Part shown: positions 21,573 through 31,213 of the stretch, piece after piece
How the letters are laid out: each line of letters begins with the position of its first letter
Numbering within the stretch: position 1 is the stretch's first letter
Made by a program: the position numbers and the translations under genes
Notes under the pieces: model-generated
Seen by the model: the letters and a program-made list of their open reading frames with translations, nothing else
Told to the model about the DNA's origin: nothing
The model's database searches: none
Origin: Thainema sp.
GTDB taxonomy: Bacteria; Cyanobacteriota; Cyanobacteriia; Phormidesmidales; Phormidesmidaceae
Length of the DNA stretch: 64,000 nt
Assembly (NCBI GenBank): GCA_052168235.1
Contig: JBQLZK010000003.1
Coordinates: 1-64,000, forward strand
Reading direction: 5' to 3'

Positions 21573-24500
21573 TTACCGATTCTCATTTAAGCTCGCAATT
21601 AAAGAAGGCGGAATTGAAACATTTTCAACCGGAGATTTATATAAAATCGGCTCAGGCCTACGATAGTCATTATTCCACAACTGTTCCCAAATATGCTCAA
21701 TCACTTCGGCATACTGAGCACCCATATCGGTATCTCGGAAGCCACCTTCTGAGATGGTTTGAAAGGCTGAGATAGCCATGTCCTTAATTTGACTGGGTTG
21801 ACTTTGTAAAGATGCGATCGCATTTACAAAACCATCAATATCGCCAACTGGCTGAATCAACCCATTTTGGCCCGACTGGATTAGTTCAGGTACTCCGCTT
21901 TCGATATTGGAAACAACAGGAACACAAAGCTGAGCCATCGCTTCCATTAGCGAGATTGGTAGCCCCTCAAAGTCTGAGGTAAGCAAAAATACGTCCTGCT
22001 TAAAGAGTTCTGCTGCTGTTTGATCAGGAGATAACCGACCCACTAAGCGAACCTGCCCGGATCGAATGAGCGGCTTTAAGCGGGATTGGAAGGTTCTCAA
22101 TTCTGGGCCTTCACCGATCACCGTTAAGCAAAACGGAATCTGTCGCTGATGCAGGCGTTCCACAATCTCTAACAGGTCAAGCACCCGCTTTTGGTGTTGA
22201 ATCACCCGACCACAATACACTAATCGCAGTGGACGCTGGCCAGTATAAAAGTCTTTTTGGTCTGGATTACCAAACCGATTAATTCCATAAGGAATCACAG
22301 TCGTAATGTCTTTGAAGTTGGCATTAATCTCAACCACTTTGCCAGCAATATGCTGAGATACAGCAACGATAGCGTTCCAATATCGACCTAAGCGGTAAAC
22401 ATGATCATAGTGCTCAACATCATCGCTATGAATAATGCCAATGATGCCGATTTTGTTAGACAGGGCAGGCGAAATTGCCGACGTGCGGTAATCGTAGTTA
22501 GGAACCAGAATGCATGGTGAATGGGCTTCCAAAAAGTTGATAATTTCTGTCCACTGCTCCGTCAATGATTCAGCTTCTAAACCCAAAAATGAATGGGGCA
22601 CATCGGGTAAAAAGGCGCGATCATTCTGGCTATGAAACTCTGGGAAAATAATTTGAGCATCAATGCCTCGTCGACACAAATCTCGCACTAGCCGCTCTGT
22701 AAAAGAGTTAACTCCACTGATCCACCAGTCTCGATTGGTGAAAAAGACTTTAGGTTGTTGGTGTTTTGGTATAAGTGTTTCCGATTTAGCACCAGATAGC
22801 AAACTAATATTGGCTTCCTGCTCTACCAGATGCGCCAACGCCTCAAAATAATCATAGAAATCGTACTTGCGGTGAACTATTTCATGTCCCTGTTCGCCGA
22901 TTTTTTGTTGTTTCGCAGGGTTATTGGCTAAGCCAACCAAAGCGTCAGCCATCGCAGCCGTGTCGCAATACGGGACAGCGATACCACCACCGTCTGCGAT
23001 CGCTTCCGGCGCACCACCCGCATCCTGGAAGGCTAAGACTGGCAGACGACACGTCATTGCTTCATGTACAACGCAGGGAAAGGGATCTTCCCGTGATGTT
23101 AGCAAAAACACGTCTCCGGCTAAGTAGTAAGGACTTGGATCAGAGCGCAGTCCAATAAAGTGAACATTAGCCTTTAAGCCTAAACGCTCAACATCCCGTA
23201 AGGCCCAAAATAGGGGCGTATCGTGGGCATAGTGACCACCTCCAATCCAGACAAAGTGAATCTGTCGTTGCGATTCCGCCTGAAGTGCAAGCTTAGCCAC
23301 AGAGACAAATAGGTCAACTCCTTTGCGGTAGCTGGTGCTCCCACATCCAACTGCAATACAGGCATCATCAGGAATGCCGATCTCATGACAAACGTGTTGA
23401 CGGCAAGCCTGTCGATCTTTATTCGCAAAAGATGAGTTGAGCAAACCCTGTGGCAAGACAGTTGCCTTGTTTTTAGGGAGCGGCACTTTTTGGTCAGCCA
23501 ACTGCATGACAAACCGTGATGGAAAAATCACTTTCTCAGACAGTTGATACAGACGCTCAAAGTGACTTTTGTCGTAAGCAGAGGCAAATTCATGCACCAG
23601 CGTAAACACTGGAATTTTCTGTGCCACAAATGCTTCCGAATAATGTACCGTGTTAGCGGTGTTGCAAAAAGCTGCGTTTGGCTTCGGCAATCGGAAATGC
23701 TTGAGTGTTGCTAAAACGTATTCCTTAGCAGTTTGAAATGGGGCCTCTTCATACTTTTTGAAGACAGTTGCGATCGCAGCAAAATCCTCAACAACTGGCC
23801 CACCTTTATCCAAAAAAACGTATAGCTCAACATCTGGACAGTGGCGCGCAAAATAGCGCATCACTGTCAGAATAATCAGAGGTGCCCCGGTTAAACTCGC
23901 CTCATGGGAAACAAACAGCAGTTTTAACCGTCCTGCCGAGCCTAGTTTAGATTTAGGCTGTTTGGATTGAGCCGGAGACGTAGTGATAATAGCCGAGGAC
24001 GCTGGTGGTTCAGCCGATTCATAAATTAATCCCCCTTTACGTCCTTCAGCTTTGCCAAAGCGCAAATAATGCTCTAGCGGATTCATCCCAGCCGATGCAA
24101 CATCTGGATTTTCCAGAATATAACGGGTGCCACTAAAGAAAGGGCTCGGTTCACGACCTTCCTTATATCCCCATTCAAGATAATGCTCTAGCGGATCAAG
24201 TCCAGAAACGCTGACGTCTGGATTTTGAGCTAAATAAAAGTCTGCATCAAATAGATTAGTGGAGCGAATGAGCTTAGCGGCTTGGCGCAATTTCAGTTTC
24301 TGCTTGAGCTGATTAGTCAGAATCCACCGCGGAATGCGAACGATATCACCAACCACCGTATGCTTTAGCGATCGCTGATGAGGAGTAGACAACTTCTGCC
24401 GCTGCCACAGGGTTAACCGTTGACGGAGGGACTGAGTTTGTGCCTCTTTTTCCTGCAGCTGTTGCGTTAGGACATAAACATTACCTTCCAAAGCTTGAAT

Positions 24501-25589
24501 ACGTTGCTGCTTGACTTCGATTTGCGCAATCCAATCTTCTATTTCGCTAGTCTTAACTTCAAGTTCATCATTCTTCGCCTCAATCTGCTCAGAGAGCTGC
24601 GTAATCTCAGCATATTTCGCTTCTAACTCCGAGGACATCTGATCAAGCTTGTTGTCTCTAACCTCAATTTCAGATGACTGCCACTCGGCATGAGCATTAA
24701 GCTGGCTAAATTCAGTCTCTTGTTGTCGAACCAATTTTTCGGCTTCAATTAAGATACGACCAAACGTTTGTTCTGCCGTTATCCACTGATGGTAAATAGA
24801 ATCTAATATTTCGATGGCCTGCGCTTCATCAGCACGGATGATGTGTAAAGCTTGGAAAACTTGCTTTACCCAGTCAGAAGCATCTGAGCGAGCATTTAAT
24901 TCTTCAGCCGTAACTTTATGGTGACGAAGTTGAGGCCGTAAAAATTGTTCAACATCAACTTCTTTGCGCAAGCTATACTGCGGCCAAATAATATCAAGCT
25001 GGTCTGCTAAATACTGAACTACAAACTGCCAATTTTCTAATAGCTCTTCGTAGCTGACAAATGCACGCTGATAGGCGCGGCTATACCGTTCTGCTTCTAA
25101 AACATACTTTAGCCATAGCAAAAAGCTGCGGCTAAAAGACCAATCATGCCTAGCCTGTAGGGAAGAGGCAACTTCGATAGGATTACGAATTGGGAGAATA
25201 CATTTAATCTCTGCATCAAATCGTTGAAGTGGCTTTTCCCACAGTGGCAATAAGATGCACAATCTTGGATCTTTAATAACAAATAAATTTGTCTGAGAAA
25301 AACTCTTCTGTAGAAACTGATAAATTTTTTCTTCAAATTTGATAGCTTCAGATGAAGAGAACCATTGCTGCGGCAGACTGAGTAAATCGTAGTATGCAGA
25401 CTCAATACTAGAGAGGGCCTCTTCATGAATTTGAAAAACCTGATTCGGCTCCCAATAGCCAGTTGGGTTATCTGAATTACTAGGATATAGTTCTTCAGGT
25501 AATTCGGCTCCCATTAAATTGATGACACGTGTCAGGGCGGATGTTCCGCTACGATGCATACCAACAACTAAAATCGCCTGTTTTTTCAT
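21573..25589 (-). CDS. Multidomain protein: sulfotransferase-like domain + coiled coil + two NPDV..PLEHY repeats + two GT4 (GT-B) glycosyltransferase modules
   Basis: VVGMHRSGTS, KDPR, IRNPIEVASSL; heptad E/Q/K-rich stretch; FDADFYLAQNPDV repeats; SREDPFPCVVHEAM and SDFEGLPISLMEAM ExxxxxxxE-type motifs. Confidence 0.85.
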   Translation of the reverse strand: MKKQAILVVGMHRSGTSALTRVINLMGAELPEELYPSNSDNPTGYWEPNQVFQIHEEALSSIESAYYDLLSLPQQWFSSSEAIKFEEKIYQFLQKSFSQTNLFVIKDPRLCILLPLWEKPLQRFDAEIKCILPIRNPIEVASSLQARHDWSFSRSFLLWLKYVLEAERYSRAYQRAFVSYEELLENWQFVVQYLADQLDIIWPQYSLRKEVDVEQFLRPQLRHHKVTAEELNARSDASDWVKQVFQALHIIRADEAQAIEILDSIYHQWITAEQTFGRILIEAEKLVRQQETEFSQLNAHAEWQSSEIEVRDNKLDQMSSELEAKYAEITQLSEQIEAKNDELEVKTSEIEDWIAQIEVKQQRIQALEGNVYVLTQQLQEKEAQTQSLRQRLTLWQRQKLSTPHQRSLKHTVVGDIVRIPRWILTNQLKQKLKLRQAAKLIRSTNLFDADFYLAQNPDVSVSGLDPLEHYLEWGYKEGREPSPFFSGTRYILENPDVASAGMNPLEHYLRFGKAEGRKGGLIYESAEPPASSAIITTSPAQSKQPKSKLGSAGRLKLLFVSHEASLTGAPLIILTVMRYFARHCPDVELYVFLDKGGPVVEDFAAIATVFKKYEEAPFQTAKEYVLATLKHFRLPKPNAAFCNTANTVHYSEAFVAQKIPVFTLVHEFASAYDKSHFERLYQLSEKVIFPSRFVMQLADQKVPLPKNKATVLPQGLLNSSFANKDRQACRQHVCHEIGIPDDACIAVGCGSTSYRKGVDLFVSVAKLALQAESQRQIHFVWIGGGHYAHDTPLFWALRDVERLGLKANVHFIGLRSDPSPYYLAGDVFLLTSREDPFPCVVHEAMTCRLPVLAFQDAGGAPEAIADGGGIAVPYCDTAAMADALVGLANNPAKQQKIGEQGHEIVHRKYDFYDYFEALAHLVEQEANISLLSGAKSETLIPKHQQPKVFFTNRDWWISGVNSFTERLVRDLCRRGIDAQIIFPEFHSQNDRAFLPDVPHSFLGLEAESLTEQWTEIINFLEAHSPCILVPNYDYRTSAISPALSNKIGIIGIIHSDDVEHYDHVYRLGRYWNAIVAVSQHIAGKVVEINANFKDITTVIPYGINRFGNPDQKDFYTGQRPLRLVYCGRVIQHQKRVLDLLEIVERLHQRQIPFCLTVIGEGPELRTFQSRLKPLIRSGQVRLVGRLSPDQTAAELFKQDVFLLTSDFEGLPISLMEAMAQLCVPVVSNIESGVPELIQSGQNGLIQPVGDIDGFVNAIASLQSQPSQIKDMAISAFQTISEGGFRDTDMGAQYAEVIEHIWEQLWNNDYRRPEPILYKSPVENVSIPPSLIASLNENR

Positions 25590-25713
25590 CTGATTTGGCG
25601 GGTTCACCGAACTAAATTCTCAAAATATCTCAAGTAATTGATAGCTAAAAACTTCGACAACATCACGATGACTGATCGTGGCGTTCTAACGTCTTCTTGA
25701 TTTAGATATATTT

Positions 25714-27186
25714 TTAGGACGCGGCAAATGAATCAACACTTTCAAAAACATTTACTGTACCTGGAGTGCGATTAGAAATATCAACATATCCCTGAAACCG
25801 TTTCTGTGGAATGGGTTGGATGCGAAACATAATGACATCGACAATACGATGAAGCACCTTGCTGCCCTGCTCTTCTTTACCCATTACTTTCGCATTCAAG
25901 AAATAAATCCCTGGTCTCAGAATGGCCTGAAAATCAAAATTAACCTCTAAAGTTGAGTCGGCATCAGCATAGGGGATTTCGTGAGTTAATATACCGCTTA
26001 CTTGGATGCCGTTGGTTGTTTTAATACTCATACCACAGTAAATGTCATACGCTGGTTCCAGTAGCCGGACGCTGTAGGTACAAATATATTGCTGTCCAAA
26101 AGCCAAGATATTAGCCGATTTGCCCTGCTGATTTAGAATTTGTACATTTTGAATCTTTGCTGCACGCCCCGCATGTTCAACTGTACTCTTGGGCTTTAAG
26201 TTTGGGTCAAACCGATCAATAGGTTCAGTGACTTCTTTATGAGTGATAGGTTGACGATCTAAATTGGCTGGGACAAGGGGTGCTTCAGATTGTTGATGAG
26301 ATTCTCGTACATAAGTGAGATCAGAAGACAGAGAAGATGGGGCTATAGATGCATTTGTTGTATCTGCTGTATTGGTCGTTGTACCCATATCAGCAGCTAA
26401 CTTTAAGATTTCATGCCGGATTTCAGCAGCTTGATCAGCTGGAGCGTCAATCAGTCGCTGGTAGTAATTCATAACGATTCTGGGCGTGCCTGCTAAGAGC
26501 TGTTCTCCACAGTCGAGCAATATAGCGCGATCGCAGAGTCCAACGATTTGTCCTGCTGCGTGGGAAACAAATAAAATCGTTTTTTCAGATTGCCGCAATT
26601 CTTCTAAACGAGCAAAGCATTTGCGTCGAAAGGCTGCATCTCCAACGGATAAGGATTCATCAATAATTAAAATATCGGGATCAACATGGATGGCAACGGC
26701 AAATGCTAGCCGAGATTTCATTCCACTTGAATAACATTTGACAGGCCGATGAATGAAGTTGCCAATATCCGCAAATCGCACAATGGAATCATACTGCGCT
26801 TCTAATTCTTTGCGAGTTAAGCCCAAAATTGTGCCATTCATGAAAATATTTTCATGACCGCTAAATTCTGGGTTAAATCCAGAGCCAAGCGTCAGCGCTA
26901 CAATCCGGCCCTTTGTTATGACTTGTCCTGCGCTAGGGGTCAACGTACCACAGATAATCTGCAGCAGAGTTGATTTCCCCGCTCCGTTTCGCCCTACAAC
27001 ACCAACGGTTTCGCCACGATAAATCTCTAAACTAATATTACGGATCGCCTGGAATTCGTCGTAGAACTTGCGTCGCTTGCCCCAGACGATTTGCTTTAGC
27101 CGATCGGATGGACGCTTATAGATTTCAAACGTTTTACTAACGTTTTGCAGGCGAATGGCAATGTCAGACAATCCAACCTCCTGCAC
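25714..27186 (-). CDS. wzt: Polysaccharide ABC exporter ATPase Wzt with C-terminal Wzt_C-like domain
   Basis: GRNGAGKST, GFNPEFSG.EN, YSSGMKSRLAFAVA, DESLSVGDAAF; beta-rich C-terminus with LRPGIYFL; probable GTG start overlapping the upstream TAG. Confidence 0.9.
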   Translation of the reverse strand: MQEVGLSDIAIRLQNVSKTFEIYKRPSDRLKQIVWGKRRKFYDEFQAIRNISLEIYRGETVGVVGRNGAGKSTLLQIICGTLTPSAGQVITKGRIVALTLGSGFNPEFSGHENIFMNGTILGLTRKELEAQYDSIVRFADIGNFIHRPVKCYSSGMKSRLAFAVAIHVDPDILIIDESLSVGDAAFRRKCFARLEELRQSEKTILFVSHAAGQIVGLCDRAILLDCGEQLLAGTPRIVMNYYQRLIDAPADQAAEIRHEILKLAADMGTTTNTADTTNASIAPSSLSSDLTYVRESHQQSEAPLVPANLDRQPITHKEVTEPIDRFDPNLKPKSTVEHAGRAAKIQNVQILNQQGKSANILAFGQQYICTYSVRLLEPAYDIYCGMSIKTTNGIQVSGILTHEIPYADADSTLEVNFDFQAILRPGIYFLNAKVMGKEEQGSKVLHRIVDVIMFRIQPIPQKRFQGYVDISNRTPGTVNVFESVDSFAAS

Positions 27187-27869
27187 TAACTGCCTTTGAC
27201 AAAACTGATCATGTGCTGATCGCGGGGATGGTTCCATTCCCCAATGTATTTTACGCGCCAAGGTAATCCCTCACAGGCGTAATCAAAGTCGCTGACCTTG
27301 TAATGGTATGGATCTTCGGTGGCGTGGGTAATAATTCCGGATGGACGATGGGTAAAACTTTGGCTGTGAGGTCGATCAGACGGCAGCTCGAAAAAGGTAG
27401 CAAAGAACACCCCACCCGGTGCCATGACGTCTACGATTTTTTCGAGGCACTGACGGATATGGTTAAACAGGAGATGGGTAAAGACCGATTGTGCGATCGC
27501 ATAATCAAACTGGCAGTTAAACTGACTACAGTCAAAATTACTCACACAGGCCAAATTCTCCCGTGGCTGCCGATCTTGAATACCCGCTTTGGCAAGTTCC
27601 ACATTGTAGCCTGCTTCTAGTAGAGATTCATTGATATCAATCCCATAATAGTTACCGGAATTTAAGTACTGCACAAAGTGGATTCCGCCACGCAGACTAC
27701 CACAGCCCACATCCAAGAATTTGCTTTCAGGCTTAAGTCCCTGCGCCTTCAAAAATTCAAACTGGAGGTTGCCAATTTCATCCCATTTACCACCGATAAC
27801 CTCGCGATGATTCCCAGACTGGACTTCTTCTTTAATAAACGTGGGATCGTAATATCGACTAATGGTCAT
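27186..27869 (-). CDS. Class I SAM-dependent methyltransferase
   Basis: FLDVGCGSLRGG motif I, YYGID, FDYAIAQSVFTHL, PGGVFFATF. Confidence 0.88.
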   Translation of the reverse strand: MTISRYYDPTFIKEEVQSGNHREVIGGKWDEIGNLQFEFLKAQGLKPESKFLDVGCGSLRGGIHFVQYLNSGNYYGIDINESLLEAGYNVELAKAGIQDRQPRENLACVSNFDCSQFNCQFDYAIAQSVFTHLLFNHIRQCLEKIVDVMAPGGVFFATFFELPSDRPHSQSFTHRPSGIITHATEDPYHYKVSDFDYACEGLPWRVKYIGEWNHPRDQHMISFVKGS

Positions 27870-27976
27870 GTTGGGTCACGAATATTTTATTCAAGTGAAG
27901 TTGACGATTGGGAACCGAAAACAGCTGCACCATCTTTTAGCAATGGGTTTGATGTAAATCTGCTACGTGAATTGAG

Positions 27977-28873
27977 CTATAAAACATCCGCAAAAGCCGG
28001 ACGAAGTTTTTGATAGCAGTAAAACCCTCCAGCACATAAAAGAGCCGAAATAGCAGTTGCCACCGACCATTCAAACCAATGGCCGATTTCCCCAACGAGA
28101 ATGATATCACGGTGCATTCCTACAATGGCAGCCACAGGATTGAGATACAGCATCCAAGGCCGAATTGCATCAGGAATCAAAACAGCTGGATATAAGATGG
28201 GAGTTGCATAAAACCAAAGGCGCAGGATGACCGTCAAGGCTTGGGGAATATCCCGCAGAAACACGGTTAATCCAGCGACCAAATAGCCTATACCTGCCGT
28301 AAACAGCAGCAAAGGAATCCAAACCAGAGGTAATAGAAGAAAAGTTGGATAAACAGTCTGGGTGAGCAATGCCACCATAATGATTAGGGCAACTGAGCCA
28401 ACTGTACTTTCAATAAAGGCCACAGACACCGGTACTAGAGGTAGCAGCTCTATAGGAAAAATAACTTTTCGCACCAAATCTTTTTGGCTGATGACGGCTC
28501 CGCAGGCTTTATGCAATCCTCCAGTGATAACAGACCAGGGCAAGATACCCGCAAACAGCCACAATCCAAAGCCAATTTTGGAATTTTCCATCGGAATGCC
28601 GCGATCACCCAGTTTGACCTGTAAAACGATTGAAAAGACATAGGTGTAGATCAGAATAAACGCAATTTGCTGCAACAGCGGCCACAAATTGCCAAAAACT
28701 GACCCTTTGTACTGAGCCGTAAGCTGGCGCTGCACCAAATTTATAAGCAGTTCTAGTTTACGCAGATGCTCGGGCTGAATGGGTAATCGATCGCCAAGAG
28801 TATGAGCACTGCGCCATGCTTTGGTATTTAGCTTGTGCCAGACAGTATTCAGCTTAAGCAATACACACCTCAC
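27977..28873 (-). CDS. wzm: Polysaccharide ABC exporter permease Wzm
   Basis: QYKGSVFGNLW, VRKVIFP, VFLRDI, FYATPILYP, LNPV; start codon uncertain. Confidence 0.9.
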   Translation of the reverse strand: MRCVLLKLNTVWHKLNTKAWRSAHTLGDRLPIQPEHLRKLELLINLVQRQLTAQYKGSVFGNLWPLLQQIAFILIYTYVFSIVLQVKLGDRGIPMENSKIGFGLWLFAGILPWSVITGGLHKACGAVISQKDLVRKVIFPIELLPLVPVSVAFIESTVGSVALIIMVALLTQTVYPTFLLLPLVWIPLLLFTAGIGYLVAGLTVFLRDIPQALTVILRLWFYATPILYPAVLIPDAIRPWMLYLNPVAAIVGMHRDIILVGEIGHWFEWSVATAISALLCAGGFYCYQKLRPAFADVL

Positions 28874-28969
28874 AACGACGGACGATAGCTGTAATGATTT
28901 TATTTATATTTCGTCATACTGCAAACGATTTCAATAGCCGCATGCAGGTGAAACCTAGGTTGGATCAGC

Positions 28970-29449
28970 CTAGAGCTTTTTGTAGTAAGCGCGATCGCAT
29001 CGTTGCGTTTCAACTTGTGAATCAGGTGTATACCCGCTTGTTTCATAGAGCTGAACGGCTTCCTTGAGCACACTTGCGGTTTCAATCCGAATCGTTTCAA
29101 ACTGGTTGGCAATGATGTTTTGCTCTAAAGCCTGGAGCAAAAATCGACCGAGTCCTTGTCCTCGTGCTAGAGGTCGCAGATACATTTTACGAATCTCGAC
29201 CGTTGGACAATTGCCTTTAACTGGATAGTAAGCTGCCGTTCCCACAATTTGATCTTGCTGCTCCACAACCCAAAATTGCCCACCTGCCTGTTGATAGTAG
29301 GTTTCAACATCCCATACATCCTGATCGGCTCCTTGAGGTTCACACACCAAACCATACTCTGCCAGGACATCTTTAATCAAACTACAGGCTGCTGTGCGAT
29401 CGCAGGGTTGCCAATCCCGGATATAAAAATCGCGATAGTGCTGCTGCAT
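28970..29449 (-). CDS. GNAT family N-acetyltransferase
   Basis: EIRKMYLRPLARGQGLG acetyl-CoA motif, EAVQLYETSGY. Confidence 0.9.
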   Translation of the reverse strand: MQQHYRDFYIRDWQPCDRTAACSLIKDVLAEYGLVCEPQGADQDVWDVETYYQQAGGQFWVVEQQDQIVGTAAYYPVKGNCPTVEIRKMYLRPLARGQGLGRFLLQALEQNIIANQFETIRIETASVLKEAVQLYETSGYTPDSQVETQRCDRAYYKKL

Positions 29450-29467
29450 GATTTATATCAATCTATA

Positions 29468-30067
29468 TCAGCTATGAACACGGGGTTCAGGGTGCAAGGT
29501 CGATAGAATATCACTTTCGGCAGCAGATAGCTCAGCTAAACGCTGATTCACAGCTGCTCGGTCAAATTGTTCCGTTGCCAGCACCCAGTAGATGCCGTAG
29601 TGACGGGCTTCAGATGCCATTAGTCCTCGATAGAATTTAGCCAGAAACGGATCGTCACAGTGAGCCGACAACAGCCCTAATCGTTCATGGCTCCGCGCTT
29701 CAATCAGCCCAGAAACCAGCAGTGAATCGAGCAGCCGATCCGGTTCATGACGACGGGCTTGAGCCTTTAATTGTGCCCCATAGGGCGGCGGCGGCAGTGG
29801 TCGAAGTGGAATGCCACGCTGCTCCAAAATTTGATTCACCTGCTCAAAATGTTCTAGCTCCTCTTGTGCGATCGCAGTTAAGCTCCGCACCAGTTTAGTG
29901 TAGGAGGGATAGCGACACATCAGGTTCAATGCCACTCCTGCCGCCTTACGCTCGCAGTGAGAATGATCCAGCAGCACCGTATCTAAGTTGGACAGCGCTT
30001 GCTCAACCCAAGCCGTAGAGGTGGGCTGTTGCAAAAATTTAATGGTGGGAAACGCCGCAGTCACCAC
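29468..30067 (-). CDS. miaE: tRNA-(ms2io6A) hydroxylase
   Basis: LLDHSHCERKAA, EELEHF, LIEARSHERL, SEARHY di-iron motifs, RVHS end; start approximate. Confidence 0.92.
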   Translation of the reverse strand: MVTAAFPTIKFLQQPTSTAWVEQALSNLDTVLLDHSHCERKAAGVALNLMCRYPSYTKLVRSLTAIAQEELEHFEQVNQILEQRGIPLRPLPPPPYGAQLKAQARRHEPDRLLDSLLVSGLIEARSHERLGLLSAHCDDPFLAKFYRGLMASEARHYGIYWVLATEQFDRAAVNQRLAELSAAESDILSTLHPEPRVHS

Positions 30068-30132
30068 AAGTTCAGACCGACAACACAACAATCATCAGTC
30101 TAGACGATCGACAGGCTAAACTTACCGTTTAA

Positions 30133-30225
30133 TATAGCGGTTCTAGATAAGAACGAGAGAGGAGAGCGCCTCAGGATGAGGCACTCTCCTCTCTCGTTTT
30201 CTCACTCTTAACTGGGATCACTATA
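30133..30225. mobile_element. 93-bp TATAG..CTATA miniature inverted-repeat element, copy 1
   Basis: 90/93 identical (manual alignment) to the reverse complement of 52677-52769; imperfect terminal IRs and an internal 22-bp hairpin. Confidence 0.8.
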
Positions 30226-30280
30226 ACAGCCAGAAAGCCTTGGCTACCGCAATGCGGCAGCCAAGGCTGCGGTTTACAAG

Positions 30281-30745
30281 CTATTGAGAACGTCGCAGAT
30301 AGGAAACTAATGCCTGGAGTCCGAGTAGGTAGCTATCTGCTCCGAAACCGCTGATTTGACCAATGGCAAGCGGTGCAATATAAGAGTGATGGCGAAATTC
30401 TTCGCGTCGATAAATATTGCTGAGATGGACTTCAACGGTGGGAATAGCGACGGCTGCGATCGCATCTCGAATTGCCACACTGGTATGGGTATAAGCACCT
30501 GCATTAATCAGCAGGCCTTGATGCCGCCCCAAACAATCCTGGATCGCATCAACGAGAGATCCCTCATGATTCGACTGCAAGAAATATAAATCTGCCCCCA
30601 AATTTGCACCATGCTCCTTCAGGGACAGATTAATTGCATCCAAGCTTTCAGCACCATAAATGCTAGGTTCTCTCTGACCCAACAAATTTAAGTTAGGGCC
30701 ATTCAACACCAAAATGCTCAAGTGATTTGCCGCTGCTACCGACAC
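30281..30745 (-). CDS. aroQ: Type II 3-dehydroquinate dehydratase
   Basis: [49 protein letters not shown]. Confidence 0.97.
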   Translation of the reverse strand: MSVAAANHLSILVLNGPNLNLLGQREPSIYGAESLDAINLSLKEHGANLGADLYFLQSNHEGSLVDAIQDCLGRHQGLLINAGAYTHTSVAIRDAIAAVAIPTVEVHLSNIYRREEFRHHSYIAPLAIGQISGFGADSYLLGLQALVSYLRRSQ

Positions 30746-30759
30746 TATGAAGCTTAACC

Positions 30760-30897
30760 TTAACGACGGCGCTGCGGGTCATGTACAGGAATTGGAATGG
30801 GTTCAGGCTCTGGCTGACCTTCCGGTCCAAGTAGTGCTTCCACCACTTTGCGAGCCCACTCCTTCAGTCTATCCAGTATCTGATCAATGAAATCCAT
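30760..30897 (-). CDS. 45-aa small protein [45 protein letters not shown] (below the ORF-track cutoff)
   Basis: Manually translated; GGAG upstream; ends 14 bp before aroQ; amphipathic helix + [10 protein letters not shown] motif resembles small conserved cyanobacterial proteins. Confidence 0.75.
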   Translation of the reverse strand: MDFIDQILDRLKEWARKVVEALLGPEGQPEPEPIPIPVHDPQRRR

Positions 30898-31213
30898 CGA
30901 AGAAGATAACTCCACCTAGTACGACCTTACTTTTCCCGCCAAGTTGCGCATTGCAGAAAAAGTAAAAACACTTTCGTAATAGACAACATTCACTGTGTTA
31001 TTAAATTAATCATAGCGAATTTACAGAAATGGTCAAGGGGAATACAATCTCTCGCCGGTTGCTCCGACATTTATCCTGTATTGTCTCGGTATTTTGGCTG
31101 AGAGTTACTGAACAAGCTGAATGATGCAGTCGCGAGATGATTGCTCAGGTTGTAGTTTATGTTTGATGAGTTTTGCTTATAGAGCTCAGAATCATGAACG
31201 CTTGATGACCATC

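Noticed and set aside
27187..27261. Long overlap of the wzt N-terminus with the methyltransferase
   Set aside because: A GTG overlapping the methyltransferase stop gives a normal Wzt N-terminus
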